This document shows, piece after piece, positions 1 to 7,183 of a DNA stretch of 11,802 nucleotides. Numbering within the stretch: position 1 is the first letter of the stretch; every line of letters starts with the position of its first letter. The stretch lies in contig JBGCDR010000217.1 in the NCBI GenBank assembly GCA_045105515.1, forward strand, positions 1 to 11,802, given 5' to 3'. The translations under genes and the position numbers were made by a program. Under the pieces are notes generated by a model, which ran no database searches, was not told the DNA's origin, and saw nothing but the letters and a program-made list of their open reading frames with translations. Source of the DNA: Oligoflexales bacterium (GTDB lineage: Bacteria > Bdellovibrionota_B > Oligoflexia > Oligoflexales > Bog-1112).

Positions 1-5
1 CGCAT
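1..5 (-). CDS. Possible start codon of a gene running off the left edge of the window
   Basis: Minus strand reads TTGGGGGTGCCC-ATG-CG: an SD-like GGGGGTG just upstream of an ATG at 5..3, with TATAAT boxes further upstream. Too little coding sequence is visible to identify it. Confidence 0.4.
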
Positions 6-37
6 GGGCACCCCCAAGATCTTTTGATTTTCCGACA

Positions 38-105
38 ATTATAGCCTTTTTAGAGAAACTGGGGAAATTCGCTAAAGATTATAGTGCTCTAAGCCTTACA
101 TACAA
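38..105 (-). promoter_or_regulatory. Tandem sigma70-like promoter candidates for the off-window gene
   Basis: Two perfect TATAAT hexamers on the minus strand (38-43 and 78-83, 40 bp apart). Candidate -35 boxes are TTCCCC (61-66, 17-bp spacer) and TTGTAT (100-105, 16-bp spacer). Confidence 0.4.
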
Positions 106-202
106 AGGCGGCGGTGTGTTTCCAATCAGGCACTATCTATAGTAAAAATACGGTGATTTTCGATAACTAGAGACTATACACTACGGGCAGAGATTCCTTG
201 CG

Positions 203-1360
203 CTAAACATAGGATCCACGCTCGATCTTCTCGAGGATAATCTTCTCAAATATCTGCGGATCTTTTCCATCAACTGAAAAAAAAGCCTGTTGTTCGCATC
301 GCTTACGATTTTCGATAAGCCACTCCAAGATTTTAGCTAAACCCCTATTACGTCTACTTTTGAAGAACGGATCATTTTCAAGTGCGTCCCTCGCCTTTTT
401 GATTGATCTCATCTCACTGGCATCACCAGCAATAACATCATAAGCAAATAGATCATATTTTTTAAGATCCTCAGGAAGCACACCCAAAAATTTTACTTCT
501 GGTGCTGAAAAATCCTTATTTCGAATTAATGAAGCTGCAGACCCTGCCTTAAGAGTCCGATAAATATTTTGCAGAGTATAAGCATCTAGGTCTCCAAAGA
601 AAAAAATAGGAGTTCCGAGCTGATCTTGGATTCTTTTTACCCATCCTCTTACTGCATTGGAAGGAACTCCTTGAGCACCGATCACAATACACTTATGCCG
701 ACGAGTAATACCATTGGCAACAATAGTGTTAGCAGTGCCTTCAGATTCAACTACAAGACAAAAATCAATTTTCTTTTTTGCTGACAGAGTCAGATTTTGC
801 GGACGATTCTTTGGCATAAAGGGAGAGGTCCCTAACTTTGAAAGGTCAATTTCAGCAGTTTCTCCATTAGGCATGGTTTCCGTGACCACCAAATGCTGGG
901 AGTAAGTTTGTCCCCCTCGGTCATTCGCATAACAGTTGAGCTCTTCTCGGTAGCATTCCAAAATTTCGCAGATAAAGTCAATGACACTATCAGATTCGCT
1001 CTGATCGTCGAAATCAAGTGGCTTAAGATCTGGATTCTGCTTCAGTAAACCCTTACAGATATAATACAATTCGCGCTTCGTATTAACCCCTCCGGTACCA
1101 ACATTTCTGAGGAGTATTTCTAGCATAAATATCGCTCTTGACATTTTTTGCACCGAGCCAGCATTCAATTCGGTTTTTACTTTTTTAGAACCTGGAGTTA
1201 GAAACCCAAGACCTGGTGAATAAAGCGAGTTATCAAGAGAACATTTTGTTGCTGCTAGAACAGGTCTCTTGGCCTTTTCAAGATCGTTGAGGATCTTATC
1301 ACAAAGCTGCTTTGATATATAAGGGATTTCCGATTGTTTTCTAGTTGCATATTTTACCAT
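203..1360 (-). CDS. top6A: DNA topoisomerase VI subunit A (Spo11/Top6A family)
   Basis: Catalytic Tyr motif NTKRELYY, TOPRIM Glu in VVESEG, GAQGVP, DxD motif FGDLDAY, FLGV and C-terminal KRCEQQA. Lies directly downstream of top6B. The ATG at 1360 is preceded by GGAGAGGT; the ORF track start at 1381 is an alternative. Confidence 0.93.
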   Translation of the reverse strand: MVKYATRKQSEIPYISKQLCDKILNDLEKAKRPVLAATKCSLDNSLYSPGLGFLTPGSKKVKTELNAGSVQKMSRAIFMLEILLRNVGTGGVNTKRELYYICKGLLKQNPDLKPLDFDDQSESDSVIDFICEILECYREELNCYANDRGGQTYSQHLVVTETMPNGETAEIDLSKLGTSPFMPKNRPQNLTLSAKKKIDFCLVVESEGTANTIVANGITRRHKCIVIGAQGVPSNAVRGWVKRIQDQLGTPIFFFGDLDAYTLQNIYRTLKAGSAASLIRNKDFSAPEVKFLGVLPEDLKKYDLFAYDVIAGDASEMRSIKKARDALENDPFFKSRRNRGLAKILEWLIENRKRCEQQAFFSVDGKDPQIFEKIILEKIERGSYV

Positions 1361-1392
1361 GACAGACTCGCACCTCTCCATTAATAATCAAA

Positions 1393-3585
1393 CTATTTTT
1401 TAGCTTTTTTCTTTGTTTTCTTTTTAGAGTTTTGCTTGGATTGTTTCTTAACAACTGGCTTCTTTTTGCTTGCAGAATTTTTTTTCTCCACTCTCTTACT
1501 GGATTTTTTTACTACTTTTTTAGTAGGTTTCTTACTCGTCTTATTCGGTGCGTTCTTCGTTTCCTTTTTACCAGCCTTTTTCACTACTTTTTTTGATGGT
1601 TTCTTGTTGGTCTTTTTCTCAACTTTCTTAGCTACCTTCTTGCTGTTCTTTTTCTCAACTTTCTTAGTCACCTTCTTGCTGGTCTTTTTCCCAACTTTCT
1701 TAGTCACCTTCTTACCAGCCTTTTTCACTGCTTTTTTTGAGGTACTCTTTTTGGTAGTTTTGTCTTGATTTGCTTTAGATCTCTTTTTACGGATAGCTCC
1801 ACTTTTGCTTTTTTTGCCCTCAGAGCTTGCCACTGTATTCAATTCAGATTCTGCAGTTTGCAATTTAGTCTGATTATCTTGATCGAGCTCATTATCTTCT
1901 TCTTCGCTCTCGAGTAGCGAATCCTCTTCCTGAAACACAGTTAAGCGTTTTTTCTGCCCAGCTAAATGTTCGCTTAGTCGCTCTTCAGCTTTGGCAAGCT
2001 GTTTTTCCGTTTCTTTATGATCCCTGCCGAGTATTTTCTTAAGTCCTAATTCAGCTCGTTCTTTTCGCTTTTTTGGTGCTTCTAAAATGCGACACAAAGT
2101 TTCCACTAGGATAGGGCTAAATTTTTCAATGTGCTGAGTTTTAGCTTCTAATTCTTTAGCTTTGTGCTCACGCTTGAGGTGCCTAGACAATCTCTGGCCC
2201 GCAGTCATCAACGCTCTTCGAATTTCAGTAACCAGATCGTCTGCTGCATCGATGGTTTCTTTAGAGGCATTCTTAAACTTAATAAATGGGGAGATTACAC
2301 TCACTGCCATTATATAGGGTCCTATTGGTAGCAGCCCTCTTGATTGTCTTAATCCATAGCTTTTCCAGTTAACTGAGGTGATTGCTTTTACGATGGCACA
2401 GGCCGACTTATCGAACTGTAGTGGGACTCTGTTTGCAAAACGCAAAACACCCACTGGATTATCGGAGTCACCTGAACGCTCTTGCAAACGAGCAATTGCC
2501 ACTTCAACTTGCACAGGCTTCATATCACATATAGTAGGTTTACGACTCACTACTGAGAAATAATCAGTTGCTCCTAATCTTTGTATACTTAAAGCTAAGG
2601 CATCCTCACCAACAGCCATCACCGACTGTGTTGATGGAGCTCTTAATTGGGTTTTTTGCACCCCTGAAAAAATCTTTTTAAAATCATCATCTTTCAAACT
2701 TGAAATTGTTGCATTTCTACCTTTGCCTTTCCATTGCGCATTACTCAATATTTCGTCAACAACTTTATCACTTACTCGCGAAAATCCTCTTTTCAACCAC
2801 TCACTCAATTTGTACTTATTGAATAAGTGCGCATGAGAAATGAATTCCCCTAACTTCATGGTATGCAAATGAGGTGGTAGTGCAGGAGGAATTGTTGGGA
2901 CTTGCCCGGAAATTCGTTCTATAAATTGAGATTCCATATCTGGAAGCTGATAACGCAAACTCATGTGGGGGTTCAGCAATAGGTTTCCTCTAATATATGC
3001 TAGAATTCCTCCTTCCCCATTTAATTGTAGCCTTCCATCAAATTGAAAACTAACTTTGGTGCCATGAGGTTTGTCCCAAGCCACCATCTCCTTATTCTTG
3101 ATTATACCTTTATTATTTTTGAGGTCAGTCACCACCATGCAGGATAGTGCTTTACGTTGACCTTTACATTTCGTCAGGATTTTTGCGCCTGTTGCCGATG
3201 TCTGTAGAGCCCAAGTGGTTGCTGCGGAAATACCAATTCCTTGCTGACCTCGCGAGCATCGCCCCTTCCCAAACTTAGAAGAGGCAAGGTACTCACCAAA
3301 AACCATGGGAACCTGATTACTGTCTAAACCGGGACCATTGTCTTCCACGCTCAGCTCAATCCTATCCGTATTCCGCAGTGCACCTGCACCAAGCTTTTTA
3401 ATAATGATTTCGATTTCGGGAAGGATTTGGTGATCTTCACAGGCATCAAGAGAATTATCAACCGCCTCTTTCAAAGTCGTCAAAACTGCTTTTACAGGCG
3501 AGGAAAACCCTACCTGTTGTAGGTTTTTGGCAAAATACTCTGCGGTACTACTTTTTGTAATTGCTGATACTTTTTTCTTAGCCAT
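1393..3585 (-). CDS. top6B: DNA topoisomerase VI subunit B with acidic patch and long Lys-rich C-terminal tail
   Basis: AEYFAKNLQQVGF N-terminus; GHKL ATPase motifs KEAVDNSLDA, EDNGPG, SRGQQGIG and HGT; transducer motifs RFANRVPL, VNWKSYGL and FKNASKE. Confidence 0.96.
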   Translation of the reverse strand: MAKKKVSAITKSSTAEYFAKNLQQVGFSSPVKAVLTTLKEAVDNSLDACEDHQILPEIEIIIKKLGAGALRNTDRIELSVEDNGPGLDSNQVPMVFGEYLASSKFGKGRCSRGQQGIGISAATTWALQTSATGAKILTKCKGQRKALSCMVVTDLKNNKGIIKNKEMVAWDKPHGTKVSFQFDGRLQLNGEGGILAYIRGNLLLNPHMSLRYQLPDMESQFIERISGQVPTIPPALPPHLHTMKLGEFISHAHLFNKYKLSEWLKRGFSRVSDKVVDEILSNAQWKGKGRNATISSLKDDDFKKIFSGVQKTQLRAPSTQSVMAVGEDALALSIQRLGATDYFSVVSRKPTICDMKPVQVEVAIARLQERSGDSDNPVGVLRFANRVPLQFDKSACAIVKAITSVNWKSYGLRQSRGLLPIGPYIMAVSVISPFIKFKNASKETIDAADDLVTEIRRALMTAGQRLSRHLKREHKAKELEAKTQHIEKFSPILVETLCRILEAPKKRKERAELGLKKILGRDHKETEKQLAKAEERLSEHLAGQKKRLTVFQEEDSLLESEEEDNELDQDNQTKLQTAESELNTVASSEGKKSKSGAIRKKRSKANQDKTTKKSTSKKAVKKAGKKVTKKVGKKTSKKVTKKVEKKNSKKVAKKVEKKTNKKPSKKVVKKAGKKETKNAPNKTSKKPTKKVVKKSSKRVEKKNSASKKKPVVKKQSKQNSKKKTKKKAKK
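1558..1737 (-). repeat. Coding tandem repeat: 15 consecutive KKxx tetrapeptides, including three 36-bp (12-aa) higher-order copies
   Basis: Translation runs KKAV KKAG KKVT KKVG KKTS KKVT KKVE KKNS KKVA KKVE KKTN KKPS KKVV KKAG KKET. Positions 1606-1713 hold three imperfect 36-nt units, each with (t/c)caactttcttag(t/c)(c/t)accttctt on the plus strand. Confidence 0.9.
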
Positions 3586-3760
3586 TAGCCTCTCATACTA
3601 TAAATGGGCACTTTCCCTATTGATGAATATCGTGTAAAAGTTGTCTTATTAGCTGCTCTATTGAAGCATGCAAGCACTACTACCATCTAATTTTTGCTTA
3701 AAATTCCCTACTGGGAGAATTGGATATAACCAACCTTATCTAAAACACAGGAGTAACTCC

Positions 3761-4339
3761 ATGGCTATTAACTTACCTGAGCTTCCCTACGCCCTTGATG
3801 CCCTTGCACCTCATATCTCCAAGGAGACTCTTGAGTTCCATTATGGCAAGCACCACCAAGCTTACGTAACAAATTTGGGCAAGCTTATAAAGGGAACTGA
3901 GTTCGAAAATGCCTCCTTAGAAGAAATTGTCTTAAAATCTGAGGGCGGAGTTTTTAACAATGCCGCTCAAATCTGGAACCACACTTTCTATTGGAATAGC
4001 TTATCACCAAAAGGTGGCGGAGAACCAAACGGAAAAATTGCTGACGCTATTAATAAGGACTTTGGTTCTTTTCAATCCTTCAAGGAAGCTTTTACTAAGG
4101 CAGCTGCTACTCTATTTGGTTCAGGCTGGGCATTTCTGGTCCAAGATGCAAGTGGAACATTGTCTATTACTCAGGAACCCAATGCAGGTAACCCCTTAAC
4201 TAAGGACCTAAGTCCCATCTTAACTTGTGATGTATGGGAGCATGCCTACTATATTGACTACAGAAATGCTCGCCCGAAATATATTGAAACCTTTTGGAAC
4301 CTCGTCAACTGGGACTTTGCATCAGGTAATTTGAAATAG
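3761..4339 (+). CDS. sodB: Superoxide dismutase [Fe]
   Basis: LPELPY, HYGKHH, Fe-type [14 protein letters not shown] and DVWEHAYY metal-ligand motifs. SD AGGAG at 3749-3753 supports the ATG at 3761 rather than 3668. Confidence 0.96.
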   Translation: MAINLPELPYALDALAPHISKETLEFHYGKHHQAYVTNLGKLIKGTEFENASLEEIVLKSEGGVFNNAAQIWNHTFYWNSLSPKGGGEPNGKIADAINKDFGSFQSFKEAFTKAAATLFGSGWAFLVQDASGTLSITQEPNAGNPLTKDLSPILTCDVWEHAYYIDYRNARPKYIETFWNLVNWDFASGNLK

Positions 4340-4342
4340 ATC

Positions 4343-5398
4343 TTAAGGCGTTTCCTTCTTTGGAGTTTCCAACTCCACCTCAAATTCTGGTTTTGCATCC
4401 CTGCTTATAAGCTCGAGGACAACTTGAGATATTGGCTTTTTATCATAGATAACCTGGTAGACGGCATTCGTAATTGGAGTGCTAACATTTAGACTCTTTG
4501 AGAGTTTCTGTGCAGAAAGCGTCGTCGTCACCCCTTCCGCGACAGATCCAATTTGACCTAGCGCCTCATCCAAAGAACCCCCTTGTCCCATAATGTACCC
4601 AACCGAAAAATTGCGACTTTTTTCCGAAGAGCAGGTCAAAAACAAATCACCTACACCGCCGAGCCCCTTAAAGGTAAGTGGGTTTGCTCCCACTGCAACT
4701 CCTACTCTAGTCATCTCTGCCAACCCTCGTGTGATGAGGGTAGCTCTACTATTAGCTTGAAAACCAAGACCAGCACACGCCCCAGCTGCAATAGCAATTA
4801 CATTCTTCATCGCCCCTGCGACCTCAAGTCCGATAGGGTCGTTGGAGGTGTATGCTCTAAACTTTGGTGAATGAAAAACATCTTGAGCCCACTCTGCTCG
4901 CACGGTTACCCTGGAAGCTACTGAAACACCAGTAGGTTGTTTCTTAGCGACCTCAATAGCAAAACTGGGTCCAGATAGGGAAACCATATGGTGAGAGATA
5001 AATGTTCCACAGATTTCAGCCAAAATATCCGAAGGTAGCTTTTCTGTGCCTACTTCAATTCCTTTAGCTGCGCATACTAGCAACTGATCAATATGCATTT
5101 TGTCACTTATTTGCTCTACGACCATCCGCACATATTGAGTAGGAATTGCAATGACAATCGCATCGTATGCCTGGATGGGAGCTTCTTCCAAGCGGGTAAA
5201 AGCTTTTACTCGTGGAGATAGAGATATTTCCTTTAAATATTTAGGATTTATATGCTTACTATTGATACCTTCAGCAACCTCTGGAGACCTTGCCCATATT
5301 TCAACTCGATGTCCCTGACATGCTAAATGTTGGCCAAGGCATGTTCCAAAGTTACCAGCTCCAAGCACCAAAATATGTTGGTTATTTCTTGTTTGCAT
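4343..5398 (-). CDS. gpsA: NAD(P)H-dependent glycerol-3-phosphate dehydrogenase
   Basis: Rossmann VLGAGNFGT, AAKGIE, LSGPSFAIEV, GAMKNVIAIAAG, GLGGVGDLFLTCSSEKSRN and VAEGV. GGAG lies 9 nt upstream of the ATG at 5398. Confidence 0.96.
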   Translation of the reverse strand: MQTRNNQHILVLGAGNFGTCLGQHLACQGHRVEIWARSPEVAEGINSKHINPKYLKEISLSPRVKAFTRLEEAPIQAYDAIVIAIPTQYVRMVVEQISDKMHIDQLLVCAAKGIEVGTEKLPSDILAEICGTFISHHMVSLSGPSFAIEVAKKQPTGVSVASRVTVRAEWAQDVFHSPKFRAYTSNDPIGLEVAGAMKNVIAIAAGACAGLGFQANSRATLITRGLAEMTRVGVAVGANPLTFKGLGGVGDLFLTCSSEKSRNFSVGYIMGQGGSLDEALGQIGSVAEGVTTTLSAQKLSKSLNVSTPITNAVYQVIYDKKPISQVVLELISRDAKPEFEVELETPKKETP

Positions 5399-5451
5399 TT
5401 GTCTAAGCTCCAAAGTGGCGATATACTACAGACCCCGTACCCAAGAAAAAA

Positions 5452-5469
5452 AGGATGTCATGACTTCCT
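5452..5469. promoter_or_regulatory. 18-bp operator-like palindrome in the divergent gpsA/nuoJ intergenic region
   Basis: AGGATGTCA|TGACTTCCT, with 8 of 9 positions pairing and no spacer. Confidence 0.45.
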
Positions 5470-5494
5470 ATTTATCAGTTTTACTCACTATAGT
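5465..5494 (+). promoter_or_regulatory. Candidate sigma70-like promoter for nuoJKLMN-lgt
   Basis: TTCCTA (5465-5470), 18-bp spacer, TATAGT (5489-5494), about 85 bp upstream of nuoJ. Confidence 0.3.
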
Positions 5495-5579
5495 CTTTGG
5501 CTTAGTAGCGGGCTCGATAATACGAGCTTCATCCCGCTTCTTGGCCATGGCTCTTTCCCTCCTTACCTAGGTGTGTTTT

Positions 5580-6128
5580 ATGGATGATTCCTTGATATTT
5601 TACGCGCTCGCCATCTTAAGTGTAATATTTTCGCTCCTGCTTATCTCCCAGAAGCAAGTTGTAAAAGCAACTGTTTATCTATTATTCCACTTGTGTTTCA
5701 CGGCAGGCATCTATGCATATCTTGGAGCCGAGATTGTTGCAGTGATGCAGATTATCCTTTATACCACTGCAATTTTAGCACTTTTTATATTTGCTAGAAA
5801 GCTCTCAAACTTTGAGCTAACATGCAAAGAGGAATTAATAAAACCTGGCAAGTTTGAACTCATAAGCACCTCTTTATTAATCATTGGGATGATAGTTTTT
5901 TCTTGGGCTGGATTCTTTTCGAAGGAACTTGGCTCTAAAACCAGCTCTCATCTTTTAGAAGAAATAAGTATCTTCGACTTTAGCTTACAAATATTCTCAC
6001 GTTTCAAATGGCCCCTTACAGTAAGTTTCCTCTTATTTGTGATGACAATGGTCGCCTGCAAAATCACTAGCAAAAATAGCAATAAAAGCTCTAGTTCAGC
6101 TGAAGGAGGTCCTCTTGGTCCCTATTGA
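5580..6128 (+). CDS. nuoJ: NADH-quinone oxidoreductase subunit J-like (divergent)
   Basis: About 5 hydrophobic segments. AGIYAYLGAEIVAVMQIILYTTAILALFIF matches NuoJ TM2-TM3. Lies directly upstream of nuoK. AGGTG precedes the ATG at 5580. Confidence 0.85.
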   Translation: MDDSLIFYALAILSVIFSLLLISQKQVVKATVYLLFHLCFTAGIYAYLGAEIVAVMQIILYTTAILALFIFARKLSNFELTCKEELIKPGKFELISTSLLIIGMIVFSWAGFFSKELGSKTSSHLLEEISIFDFSLQIFSRFKWPLTVSFLLFVMTMVACKITSKNSNKSSSSAEGGPLGPY

Positions 6129-6417
6129 GCACTACCTCATATTAGCATGTCTCCTATTTACGATCGGAGTGATTGGAGTATTAGTTCGAAAAAATATTTT
6201 TTTTATTTTAATGTCCATTCAATTGATTTTGAATGCAACTAACCTTGTTTTTATAGCTGCTTCAAGGCACATTGGTAATCTTGATGGAGAAGTATTCATG
6301 ATTTTCATTATCGCAATTGCGAGCTGTCAAGCAGCAGTAGGATTATCTATAGTGATTTCACTATTTCGTCAATACCGGTCTATTAATAGTGACTTTTTTA
6401 AAATTTTAAGAGGTTAA
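6115..6417 (+). CDS. nuoK: NADH-quinone oxidoreductase subunit K (E36Q/E72Q variant)
   Basis: 100 aa with 3 TMs: YLILACLLFTIGVIGVLVRKN, ILNA, DGEVF, AAVGL and C-terminal LRG. TTG start after a perfect SD AAGGAGGT; overlaps the nuoJ stop. Confidence 0.95.
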   Translation: MVPIEHYLILACLLFTIGVIGVLVRKNIFFILMSIQLILNATNLVFIAASRHIGNLDGEVFMIFIIAIASCQAAVGLSIVISLFRQYRSINSDFFKILRG

Positions 6418-6438
6418 GAAATAAGACAAGGATTAGAT

Positions 6439-7167
6439 ATGGTCTGCTTGATGCTTTTTTTACCACTATTTGGGGCTGTTATTAGTAACATCATAAATCA
6501 TAAATTCGTCAATACAAGCTTTTATTTTTTTTTATGCTTGCTAGCTTCAGCTTCGTTTTTGACAAGTATTCTGGCTTATATTGACCTTTTTAGACAGGGG
6601 CACCAAGAACTCATATTAGCAAGCATTACTTGGATAAAAATAGGATCTATCAACATTCCTTTTGAATTAATATTTAATCAACTATCAAGTATTATGTGCA
6701 TAGTTGTTACAGGCCTTGGGACCCTTGTCTTTTTTTATACTATATTTGTAAAAAAAGATATAAATGCCCTTTACTTGCGTTTTTTTTCACTTGTTAACTT
6801 GTTGGTTTTTACCCTTCTCATAGCAGTGCTTGCTAACAGCATGCCTGCGTTATTGATCTCCTGGCAAGGAGTGTTTTTTTGCAGTTTTATACTAAGCAAT
6901 CATTATTTTTCTAATAAATATTTATTCCTTAGAAACTCCCGAATTTGTCAACTATTAGAGTTGAGCACAAGACCATTTGTTTATTTATCCAGCTTATCTT
7001 TGAAAATGGATAAATTGGGTATCAACAGGTTGATTAACTCAATCTCTCACCTAATATCGGCATCTAGTGGTGTCACTAGTTTTTCTATGGAAGGAAGTAT
7101 TCAGCGCCATGCAAGCTCCATGATTTTAGGGTTTGTGGTTCTTTTAGTGCTGGCATTCGCAATTTAG
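6439..7167 (+). CDS. nuoL: Internally deleted mini-NuoL (N-terminal TM1-5 fused to C-terminal amphipathic helix and last TM)
   Basis: LPLFGA, TWIKIG beta-hairpin region, FNQLSSIMCIVVTGLG, YLRFF and SWQGVFFCSFIL match the NuoL N-terminus. RPFVYLS...MDKLGINRLIN...GSIQRHASSMILGFVVLL matches the NuoL C-terminus. It is 242 aa against ~610+ typical and sits between nuoK and nuoM. Confidence 0.85.
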   Translation: MVCLMLFLPLFGAVISNIINHKFVNTSFYFFLCLLASASFLTSILAYIDLFRQGHQELILASITWIKIGSINIPFELIFNQLSSIMCIVVTGLGTLVFFYTIFVKKDINALYLRFFSLVNLLVFTLLIAVLANSMPALLISWQGVFFCSFILSNHYFSNKYLFLRNSRICQLLELSTRPFVYLSSLSLKMDKLGINRLINSISHLISASSGVTSFSMEGSIQRHASSMILGFVVLLVLAFAI

Positions 7168-7183
7168 AATCAAAGGAACCAAG

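Noticed and set aside
1558..1737. 36-bp periodic repeat as a possible CRISPR array
   Set aside because: The units are contiguous and degenerate, have no unique spacers, are in frame within top6B, and no cas genes are nearby.
1436..1768. 110-aa highly hydrophobic Phe-rich ORF on the plus strand that looks like a membrane protein
   Set aside because: It is the antisense shadow of the Lys (AAA/AAG) repeats in the Top6B tail.
3702..3721. Imperfect inverted repeat AATTCCC-TACT-GGGAGAATT upstream of sodB as a Fur-like operator
   Set aside because: It is short and bulged and does not match the Fur box consensus GATAATGATAATCATTATC.
3668..3760. 31-aa N-terminal extension on SodB (possible targeting peptide)
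   Set aside because: It is not signal-like, and a good SD precedes the ATG at 3761 where family homology begins.
6439..7167. nuoL as a frameshifted pseudogene caused by poly-T runs
   Set aside because: The N- and C-terminal NuoL-like parts are in one frame, and nuoM starts 16 bp after the stop, so there is no room for the missing part in another frame.
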